Below, piece by piece: positions 1 through 7,277 of a stretch of DNA of 16,693 bases. Numbering within the stretch: the first letter of the stretch is position 1; every line of letters starts with the position of its first letter. Below the pieces are notes generated by a model. The model was given only the letters and a program-made list of their open reading frames with translations, ran no database searches and was not told where the DNA came from. Made by a program: the position numbers and the translations under genes. The stretch lies in contig JAWOCD010000064.1 of NCBI GenBank assembly GCA_046483985.1, forward strand, positions 1-16,693. Direction: 5' to 3'. Origin of the DNA: Promethearchaeia archaeon. GTDB taxonomy: Archaea; Asgardarchaeota; Lokiarchaeia; Sigyniarchaeales; SOKP01.

Positions 1-228
1 GAGATTTCCGTCGGTCTTAAAATAACAATTTTCAAAAATAAATTATTCTTATATCTTTATAGATAGACTCATATTGCGCAGTGCAAAGATTCTCACCTTC
101 ATTAATAATTTAAAAGCAGAACTTAAACTTTCCCATTAGAGTGCGAGAAAGTATCTTTTGATATATTGAAGTTGTATGTAGAAGAACAACGGGGGAGGAG
201 TATGAAATTTCAAAATTTGATAAATTCT

Positions 229-252
229 CAAAAAAGAAAAAAAATTAAAAAA
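229..252 (-). terminator. Putative archaeal oligo(T) terminator for the 436-aa gene
   Basis: A-rich run on + (aaaaaagaaaaaaaattaaaaa) reads as T-tracts on the - strand, about 20-45 nt after the stop at 274. Confidence 0.4.
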
Positions 253-273
253 TTAAGATTAAATTTTGCTCAA

Positions 274-1584
274 TTAAGTCCAACCGAATGCTGGTTCGAA
301 ACCATATATAAAGCCGAGATAGATACAAACCAGAGCTGCACCAATAATTAGTGCGTAAAGAATGAGCCGCCCGTTTCGTGTTTGGAAGAACCCCTCGAAA
401 ATACCGGACTCATCGATCTTTTCGGGATTCTCCATATATTCCAAATTATCTTTTTTGGGTTTTCGAATTGTTAATGTCCCGAGATCCATAAAATCACTTG
501 CCCGAATTCTCACATTGTTTACCCATTTTTCATGGAAAAAAGATAAATACACCACCGAAACTAAAAATGGAATTGCTGCACCCATCAAAACTATCAACCC
601 AAACCAGATCAGTGTGGTGTATCCTAATTCAATTGCGAGTGCTGGACTTGCCATTAATTCCGAATATTCTATCCCTTTTTCTCCGAGTAAGAATGAAGTA
701 GCAAAGTCTTGAGCCAAATTAAAGACTAAAACTATTCCAAAGAATCCGAGAATTTTACTTAATAATCCAGTTCTCAAATAGTACCCTAAACGATGAGTAT
801 CGTGGTACCGATCAATGCGGTATGCTTGGGTATCTTCGGAAATCCAAAATATAGGCATAACAAACATAAGAATCAGTAAGGTAAGTGGACCCATATAAAG
901 CGTCAAATCAATAATCATTTCCTCGACGTTCCAATATAACTCCGGATCCCATGCATAAACGGGTCCCCACAGAAACGGTGCAACAACTTGAGCAATTATA
1001 ACGCTCATACCCAAAGAAATGGATACCACTTCCATAACTCTCTTGAGCACAGTTTTTGTATGAGCAAAATTACTTCCTAAATCCAAATCTACGGGATATG
1101 CTTCAAGGTAATAAAGATCTTTAGTTCTTATAGGATACCCCAGGATGATTTCCGTGGGTTTTGGAAATTTTCTGGCCACTGTTTTTCTTAAGTATTTGAC
1201 AATGCTGGTTGAGGCAAGTCTTGACCCAATTTCACCCCATGATAAAATGATAATTACCGAAAGTCCTAGAAAAACGAGTGGAGCCCACCAATAGAACCAA
1301 CCTTCAAGTTCCCAGACAGAACTAACGCCTTCATAAGCAAAAACCTCTTCCATAGTTTCAGGATAAAGCACCTCCAAGTAAATTCCGCTGAAATAAAAGA
1401 ATTGTGCCAAAAAGAGCGCCACAAAAATAATAATAAGTACGGCAAGATTCGTTTTTGGCATAATTACCTCAAACTTATCATCGGAAGTCGTTTCATCTAT
1501 ATGGTCTGGACCCCTTCGATAAATATACTTAGAATCTTGGTACGATTGCAAATTTTCTTTTTCATTTTGTTTTGCGTTCGACAT
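274..1584 (-). CDS. Hypothetical polytopic membrane protein (436 aa, about 7-8 TM helices)
   Basis: Long ATG-initiated ORF with repeated hydrophobic segments (LAVLIIIFVALFLAQFFYF, WWAPLVFLGLSVIIILSW, GPLTLLILMFVMPIFW, ILGFFGIVLVFNLA, LIWFGLIVLMGAAIPFLVSVVYL, LILYALIIGAALVCIYLGFIY) separated by charged loops. No family motif recognised. Confidence 0.85.
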   Translation of the reverse strand: MSNAKQNEKENLQSYQDSKYIYRRGPDHIDETTSDDKFEVIMPKTNLAVLIIIFVALFLAQFFYFSGIYLEVLYPETMEEVFAYEGVSSVWELEGWFYWWAPLVFLGLSVIIILSWGEIGSRLASTSIVKYLRKTVARKFPKPTEIILGYPIRTKDLYYLEAYPVDLDLGSNFAHTKTVLKRVMEVVSISLGMSVIIAQVVAPFLWGPVYAWDPELYWNVEEMIIDLTLYMGPLTLLILMFVMPIFWISEDTQAYRIDRYHDTHRLGYYLRTGLLSKILGFFGIVLVFNLAQDFATSFLLGEKGIEYSELMASPALAIELGYTTLIWFGLIVLMGAAIPFLVSVVYLSFFHEKWVNNVRIRASDFMDLGTLTIRKPKKDNLEYMENPEKIDESGIFEGFFQTRNGRLILYALIIGAALVCIYLGFIYGFEPAFGWT

Positions 1585-1792
1585 AGATAATATTTCCTTT
1601 TTTTATTAAATATATTGAATATAAATAATATTTCTTCACTCTTTAAATATTTTTATTTAAACCTTTATGTTTACATATAGTGTTAAGGTTATTTCATCGA
1701 ACCCTTATAGATGAAATTATATATATTAAAGGTTAATTATAACTCATTAAACTCATTTAATTTCATAATAACAGATTTAGAAGTGAAAAGAA
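1585..1792. promoter_or_regulatory. Divergent promoter region (membrane protein / JAMM pair)
   Basis: Very AT-rich intergenic segment between divergent genes with several TATA-like boxes (ttatatatatt ~1716-1727, aaggttaattataa ~1729-1742, tttaaatattttt ~1642-1654). The functional boxes cannot be assigned. Confidence 0.5.
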
Positions 1793-3331
1793 TTGTCAAC
1801 AAAACGCCAAGTTTCTCAAATGGACGATAATAAAACCGTTACTGTTAAGCCATTGGCTTATTACAAAATGTTAGTCCATATTTTACGGTTTGGTAATAAA
1901 GTGCGTGATAAACGGCAATATAAAGAAGTCATGGGAATTCTAATTGGGAGATTAGAAGGAGAAAAAGATGAACATGGGGTGCAAGATGTAATTATTGAAG
2001 ACGCTGTCCCCATCTCTCACGGAGGATCCATAGAAGTTGCATTTAAACAAGAAGATTATATCTCATTTTCGATGGTGGATGCAAAATACGCGGAAAGAGA
2101 TCCACCGCTGTTTAGTGTCGGATGGTATCACTCCCACCCTAACCTGAATATATTTTTCTCTTCCACCGATATCAAAAATCAACTCGGATGGCAAACACCA
2201 AATCCCAGCGCGGTGGGAATCGTTTTTGATCATACGTATTTAGAAAATCCAAACGATCTTGGATTTCGCACATTTCGATTGGACGATCCATCGAAAGGAC
2301 CGATGTCTGCATACCACGAGGTAAAAACGATCGTAGAGCCGCCTGATGATCTGGACTTTTATATTAAAATAATGAATTTAATTGGCAGTATTCATTCCAA
2401 AGAACCTCCAATTTTGGAACTCAATGAAACCCCGGACTTGTTCGGGGACGTAATTATTCCTGGCCAAAGTCAGGTTATGCCCAAGCAACCGACTTTTCAA
2501 GTGACTGACTTTCTCTCCTCGCTCAAAAGTTCACTTTCACAATTTATTGAACTGTCCGTGGAACCGCTTATCCGGTATTTAAATAGTTGGACGGAGGCCT
2601 TGACCAAGCAAATACGAGATACGAATTTAGCTATGAGAAATAAAATCGTATCCCTAAAAAATATTATCGGTCAAGGGATTGAAAAGATTCAGAACACCTT
2701 TAAAATTCAATTACGCGATAAATTAAATGAGATTGACATTTACTTTGATGACCGGTTTGAGGATTTTGACGCGCAGTCCCAAGCCATCAGCGATGCACTT
2801 GCTTCATTAACGGAAAGCGTAACCCAAAAAATAGATGATTTATTTGAAGAGAAAGTTACTCCTTCTGTGGACAAACTGCTTGAATCATTCGATGAAAATG
2901 AAGAGGAACTTAAAGGACTGAATGATTCCTATACGACCTATAATGAAAACTTAAACTCTCAAGAGAATAACATTGCTGAGGTTTTGGACAATTTTAAAGA
3001 GGTAAAAGAATCCTCAAAAGCCAACCTTGCGGAATTAAAGAGTTCCTTTAACGTAAAGCTGGAAGAAAATATCGGGAATATGGAATCAAACATGTTGAAT
3101 TTATACAAAAAATTTGGGGACCTTTCCAATAATTTTGAAATCATCACTGAATTTCTTGAAAGTGCCCAAGAGAGTATCCCAAAAAAGCTCAAAGAGTTAG
3201 AGGAGGAAAATGAGCAGTTGAAATCCGAAATCGAACGACTAAAGTCAAACAAAAGTAAAACATCTAAAAACGAATCAAATAAAAGTGAAACATCTAAAAA
3301 CGAATCAAACAATACACAAGGAGGAGTCTAA
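1793..3331 (+). CDS. MPN+/JAMM metallo-isopeptidase (Rpn11/CSN5-like) with long C-terminal helical/coiled-coil region, paralog 1; alternative and probably true start is ATG 1820
   Basis: KMLVH helix; catalytic Glu in EVMGILIG (codon 1925); complete JAMM motif GWYHSHPNLNIFFSSTD (H-S-H-x7-S-x2-D, nt 2129-2170); GIVFD and FRTFRL strands. The C-terminal ~280 aa are E/K/L/N-rich and heptad-like. Confidence 0.93.
   Translation: MSTKRQVSQMDDNKTVTVKPLAYYKMLVHILRFGNKVRDKRQYKEVMGILIGRLEGEKDEHGVQDVIIEDAVPISHGGSIEVAFKQEDYISFSMVDAKYAERDPPLFSVGWYHSHPNLNIFFSSTDIKNQLGWQTPNPSAVGIVFDHTYLENPNDLGFRTFRLDDPSKGPMSAYHEVKTIVEPPDDLDFYIKIMNLIGSIHSKEPPILELNETPDLFGDVIIPGQSQVMPKQPTFQVTDFLSSLKSSLSQFIELSVEPLIRYLNSWTEALTKQIRDTNLAMRNKIVSLKNIIGQGIEKIQNTFKIQLRDKLNEIDIYFDDRFEDFDAQSQAISDALASLTESVTQKIDDLFEEKVTPSVDKLLESFDENEEELKGLNDSYTTYNENLNSQENNIAEVLDNFKEVKESSKANLAELKSSFNVKLEENIGNMESNMLNLYKKFGDLSNNFEIITEFLESAQESIPKKLKELEEENEQLKSEIERLKSNKSKTSKNESNKSETSKNESNNTQGGV
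3245..3310 (+). repeat. In-frame 30-bp tandem duplication (about 2.2 copies) encoding SNKS(K/E)TSKNE
   Basis: 3251-3280 aaaagtaaaacatctaaaaacgaatcaaat versus 3281-3310 aaaagtgaaacatctaaaaacgaatcaaac (28/30 identical), preceded by a partial tcaaac. Confidence 0.9.
3319..3326 (+). promoter_or_regulatory. Shine-Dalgarno site for JAMM paralog 2, embedded in the end of paralog 1
   Basis: aggaggag ends 7 nt before ATG 3334, and only 2 nt separate TAA (3331) from that ATG, indicating an operon with translational coupling. Confidence 0.75.
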
Positions 3332-3333
3332 AG

Positions 3334-4737
3334 ATGTCTAATCAACCTACCAGAATTCCAGAAAATTTAAAGACCGATGAAGACGAGAGACCGGTTACAG
3401 AAGAAGGAAAAGTAATTATCACCAAGGAAGCCTTCTTCAAAATGATGACACATGTATTGCGGTTTGCCCATGAGGACTTAGATAAAAGTATTGAGGTAAT
3501 GGGCGTTTGCATCGGCAAGCAAGAAGCCGATTCCATTAAAGTCGTGAATGCAGTCCCAATTACCCACGGTAATAAAGTAGAAGTTGGATTTTCGCAAGAA
3601 GATTACGCTGCGTTTGCCAAAGTTGATGAGCATTACTCCGAAAAAGGCCTATATTCTGTTGGATGGTATCACTCTCATCCCGGATGGGGGCTCTTTTTTT
3701 CCGACACGGACAAGAAAAATCAATTATCATACCAATCTGAACAATCACCCTACGGGTTTGGCATCGTATTTGATCATACGTTGATGGGCGAGGAGGAAAA
3801 TTTGGGATTTGATGTTTACCGACTTGCAGACCCTTCCAAAGGTCCAAACAGCGACTATGTCAGAGTGACATATGAACTCGAAGAACCGAACTCCTTAAAT
3901 TATTTTGATTGGGTCAAAAAATTAGTGGAGGATACTCAGAGAAAAGAACCCGTGTTAATTAAAGAATTAAAGGAGAAAAATGTCGGGGCCCCAGGAGAAC
4001 TTCAGGAGATACCCACAACCGAGGAGCAAGAGGCAAAATCCGAAGATAAATATCCGCAGATCAATCCCGTTATTGAGGGGTTTGATGAAGGGACGGCTAA
4101 GATTTCGGAAGTATTTTTAAACGACCTCAAAGATCAACTTGGGATGTGGACTAAGGATATGAATCTCGGCGTGTTAAGCGGGTCGAAGCACCTGAAAAAT
4201 ACCCTCACCGAAATGGAAGAAGGGTTTTCGTTTGGGATTGATAAAGTTCAAGAATGGTTTGAGAGTAAATTAGGAGAAATTACGGGCGAATTTAAAGAAG
4301 AAGTTTCTGGTTACTTAGATAAACGGATGAATGCGCAAGAGGAATTAAAAACGGATGCTCTGGAAGTTTCAGACACGCTCTCAGAGAATGTCGAAGAGAG
4401 TGTAAGCTCGAAATTAACCGAAATACTATCCCAGGTAGAAGATAGATCCGCTCAATTGACTGAATCGATTAGCAGTATACAGGAAAAAGGAGAGAAAACA
4501 AATTCATCTATTGAACAAAATTCGGAAACAATCTCCAAGTTAAAAACGGAACTCCACAATTTAAGCGATTCAGTGAAAGATGGGCTTAAAGAAAGCGGGA
4601 GCACCCTTGAAAAAAATTTTATCAAGCAGATGAAAACGTTAAGCGAAGGGGTTTCGAAGTTGGAGAATGCTTATTCCGAGTTGGAAGGAATCAGCAAAAA
4701 TTTGAAAGAAATTTCAATGGAATTCCGCAATCTCTAA
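3334..4737 (+). CDS. MPN+/JAMM metallo-isopeptidase (Rpn11/CSN5-like) with long C-terminal helical/coiled-coil region, paralog 2 (467 aa)
   Basis: KMMTH helix; EVMGVCIG (Glu codon 3493); complete JAMM motif GWYHSHPGWGLFFSDTD (nt 3670-3711), close to Rpn11 GWYHSHPGFGCWLSGVD; GIVFDHT and FDVYRL. Acidic helical C-terminal half. Confidence 0.94.
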   Translation: MSNQPTRIPENLKTDEDERPVTEEGKVIITKEAFFKMMTHVLRFAHEDLDKSIEVMGVCIGKQEADSIKVVNAVPITHGNKVEVGFSQEDYAAFAKVDEHYSEKGLYSVGWYHSHPGWGLFFSDTDKKNQLSYQSEQSPYGFGIVFDHTLMGEEENLGFDVYRLADPSKGPNSDYVRVTYELEEPNSLNYFDWVKKLVEDTQRKEPVLIKELKEKNVGAPGELQEIPTTEEQEAKSEDKYPQINPVIEGFDEGTAKISEVFLNDLKDQLGMWTKDMNLGVLSGSKHLKNTLTEMEEGFSFGIDKVQEWFESKLGEITGEFKEEVSGYLDKRMNAQEELKTDALEVSDTLSENVEESVSSKLTEILSQVEDRSAQLTESISSIQEKGEKTNSSIEQNSETISKLKTELHNLSDSVKDGLKESGSTLEKNFIKQMKTLSEGVSKLENAYSELEGISKNLKEISMEFRNL

Positions 4738-4765
4738 TTTATTTATTTTTTAAAAATTTCCTTTC
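4738..4765 (+). terminator. Putative T-rich terminator after the JAMM pair
   Basis: tttatttattttttaaaaatttcctttc directly follows the stop codon. TATA-like boxes (ctttaataa ~4771, ttatataaa ~4795) precede the next ATG. Confidence 0.4.
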
Positions 4766-4812
4766 TTAACCTTTAATAATTTCTCATCTAAACATTATAT
4801 AAACACCTAAAA

Positions 4813-7152
4813 ATGTCCGTAATAACTCAAAAACTAATAAATAAAAAATCAATCCTAATTTTAGCAGTATTTCTAATTTTACTTATAAGTATTCCGCTTT
4901 TACTATTCGCTTCTCTTACCTATGCTAATGATTTTTCCGTTGAACGGGAGTATTATCGAAGTTCTGACGATACCGTTTTTTCTGGCATCATATATCGCCC
5001 AGACCCGGATGTATTCCCCGGTGAAAGACCAGGAATTATCGGGTTGCATGACTTTATGGAATCAAAGGAATCTATGAAACGATATGCCGAAAATTTGGTG
5101 TCATCTGGTTATGTAGTACTTCTCTACGACCAACGCGGTTTTGGAAATAGCGAGGGACGATGTCATTTTGCCGATGTTGGGTATGAACTAAAAGATTTAG
5201 ATGCTTCCATTAGCTTTCTTCAATCGTTAGACTATGTCGATGCGGATTTGATTGGGACTTTTGGGATGGGGTATGGAGCTTCCATTGCAATAATGGGGGC
5301 GGGACTGTATAACGATAAAATAAATACCACCTTTGCAATAAATCCGTATTATAACCTTACTGATACATTTGACGTTAATTATAATTCTCTCCAAGGAGAG
5401 ATAATGAAAAAGATAGCAAATGATTTAGGTTATATCCCTCATTTAGTTTATCCCAACCCCATAAATAAAACACAAAAGCATACCTTAGAGAGTTTCTTAG
5501 ATATGTTAAGCGATATACCTGCTACCTCGGAATTTGAAAGTTTTTTTGATGTTAAAGCGGATGAATTTTCGTTTAACATTGAAGAGTTAGAAAGACGCTC
5601 CCCCCTTAACCATCTTTCAACGATTAATAATGAATCGCTCTTTCTAGCGAGCGGCACAGAGAATTCTGTCTATCCTCCTCAGAGCGAGGAAATAGATAAA
5701 GATCTGCGGCAAAATTATCAAATCTATTCATATTACCATAAATTTGAAAAAGAAGGTCACAATATTTTAGATGAAAAATTAGATTATGCCTTGATTAACT
5801 TTTTCAATTTTAGGTTGAAACAAGAAACCGTAGAAGAGCACGCGTTTCTTGAAAAACCCTACATCTCTGAGTTAGATAAAGAATTAAATTTTGAAGCTAA
5901 AGATACCACTCCCTATAGTGAAGATAATTTACTCCTTTTGCATATCTCTATCCTCCTTTCAATCATCCCATTGGGTTTTCTCATTCCTTTTATCGTTTTT
6001 ATAGTCTTATTTTATCTGCTTATCTTGCTCATCCCCCATGTCGAAGCCAAGCGAAAACAGCGCCAGAAACGATATATCACCCAACTCGACGAAAAAGAAT
6101 CCAAAAAAGGCTCTAAGAATCCGAAAAAAAAATTTACAGTTAGTGAGAATGGAATGGAGATATTGATCTATTTAATTACTCTTATAAGTTTAATACTTAT
6201 TCCGATTGTGGGAATGATCTATTTAGGGAATTACCTCTTAGCAATCATTATAATAACCTTAATTGCAGATTTTCTTATTTCGGTTTTTATGTATAAGAAA
6301 ATTTCAACTAGAAAAAAGCCGCTCCTTCAGTCCCAACTTCTGGTTCAAGATAAAGTTAAAAATAGCAATAAAGTTAAAGAAAATAATCGAAAAGCAAAAG
6401 ATAAAATAGATCTATTGTTACAATTCTTGAATAAAAATCCGTTTTGGCAGTTTATATTTGTTCTTGCGGTATTTAGCGGTCTTGTGTTATTTATCTCGTT
6501 CATCGCAGTTCCGATTGTGATGGTCTTATTTGATTCTCTCTTTAATCCGATCTTTTTGAACATTATCACCTCAAGTCTTCTCCTCACAATAGGAAGTAGT
6601 GTACTTCTTGTAATTGATAAGAGTATTTTTAATCCCCGATTACATTTCAACGATTACGGCTTATCGCCCCAAAAAATCCTAAAGGGAATCGGCTTTGGCA
6701 TCTATATCGTACAAATGCCCGTAATTATATTAATTATCGCCAGTTATTTCTTAATTTTGCCGCAACCGTTGCTGCAAATAGGGTATGCACCTTTCTATTT
6801 ATTATTGCCTTTTATTTTTTTATTCTTTTTTAGTTTTGATGTAGTCCTTAGAGTGTTGATTCAGGAAAAGATTAAAGGAAATACATTGCCCAAGAAAATT
6901 GGAGAATTTTGTATTGGAAGTTTGTTATACGCACAAGGTATTGGATTGTTCGGATATTTACTTTTCTTTCACTCGAATTCAACCATCTTCATCTTTTCGG
7001 GACTTTCTTTTGGTCTGGGCGGATTATTCGGATTTATGCTTATTTTTTTTAGTGCTATTGGGACACTAAATTATATGGTTATAAGATCCCCGCTCGCTTC
7101 AAGTACAGCAAATACACTAATCCTATTTGCAATTCTCGTAGTTATTCTTTGA
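4813..7152 (+). CDS. Membrane protein: N-terminal signal/TM, alpha/beta-hydrolase fold (probably inactive) and C-terminal multi-TM region resembling a degenerate CPBP/Rce1-like domain (779 aa)
   Basis: Hydrolase-fold hallmarks GIIYRP, PGIIGLHDF, GYVVLLYDQRGFGNSEG, DLDASISFLQSLDYVDADLIGTFG, RSPLNHL, FEKEGHN. About 9-10 hydrophobic helices follow residue ~375. Confidence 0.88.
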   Translation: MSVITQKLINKKSILILAVFLILLISIPLLLFASLTYANDFSVEREYYRSSDDTVFSGIIYRPDPDVFPGERPGIIGLHDFMESKESMKRYAENLVSSGYVVLLYDQRGFGNSEGRCHFADVGYELKDLDASISFLQSLDYVDADLIGTFGMGYGASIAIMGAGLYNDKINTTFAINPYYNLTDTFDVNYNSLQGEIMKKIANDLGYIPHLVYPNPINKTQKHTLESFLDMLSDIPATSEFESFFDVKADEFSFNIEELERRSPLNHLSTINNESLFLASGTENSVYPPQSEEIDKDLRQNYQIYSYYHKFEKEGHNILDEKLDYALINFFNFRLKQETVEEHAFLEKPYISELDKELNFEAKDTTPYSEDNLLLLHISILLSIIPLGFLIPFIVFIVLFYLLILLIPHVEAKRKQRQKRYITQLDEKESKKGSKNPKKKFTVSENGMEILIYLITLISLILIPIVGMIYLGNYLLAIIIITLIADFLISVFMYKKISTRKKPLLQSQLLVQDKVKNSNKVKENNRKAKDKIDLLLQFLNKNPFWQFIFVLAVFSGLVLFISFIAVPIVMVLFDSLFNPIFLNIITSSLLLTIGSSVLLVIDKSIFNPRLHFNDYGLSPQKILKGIGFGIYIVQMPVIILIIASYFLILPQPLLQIGYAPFYLLLPFIFLFFFSFDVVLRVLIQEKIKGNTLPKKIGEFCIGSLLYAQGIGLFGYLLFFHSNSTIFIFSGLSFGLGGLFGFMLIFFSAIGTLNYMVIRSPLASSTANTLILFAILVVIL

Positions 7153-7196
7153 TTTAAATTGAAGTATCCCCGCCCTAAAGGACGGGAATTTAAATT
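7152..7196. mobile_element. Short GC-rich hairpin resembling an IS200/IS605-family end (solo remnant); may also act as a terminator between convergent genes
   Basis: gaagtatccccgccctaaaggacggga (7161-7187): stem cccgccc/ggacggg (one mismatch) with a taaa loop, flanked by atttaaatt at 7152-7160 and 7188-7196. No transposase gene in the window. Confidence 0.5.
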
Positions 7197-7277
7197 AAAC
7201 GATAATAATTAATGAGACTCATTTTGGAAACATCGGAATAAACATTTACCCGTACTTTCTTTCTTTATCAAATCTGT

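Noticed and set aside
1-165. Possible RNA gene or gene start at the left edge; the 12-mer gttattttaaga (- strand, 16-27) recurs at 11758-11769
   Set aside because: No tRNA or other recognisable fold, the ATG at 72 (-) closes after 7 codons, and a single AT-rich 12-mer match is weak evidence in such AT-rich DNA.
166-351. 61-aa + ORF, with a GGAGG just before ATG 202
   Set aside because: It overlaps the 3' end and T-rich terminator of the 436-aa gene in antisense, its Lys-rich stretch simply reflects the A-tract, and the SD spacing is too short.
3245-3310. 30-bp repeats as a possible mini CRISPR array
   Set aside because: The copies are directly adjacent with no spacers, lie in frame within a CDS, and no cas genes are present.
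3320-3331. JAMM paralog 1 ends in ...QGGV, resembling a pro-ubiquitin Gly-Gly processing site
   Set aside because: The GGA-GGA codons are the Shine-Dalgarno sequence of the next gene, and no beta-grasp domain precedes them.
1793-4737. JAMM genes as part of a CBASS (Cap3), Bil or other ubiquitin-like antiphage system
   Set aside because: No CD-NTase, E1/E2, Ubl or effector gene is adjacent, and the motifs resemble Rpn11/CSN5 more than short Prok-JAB proteins.
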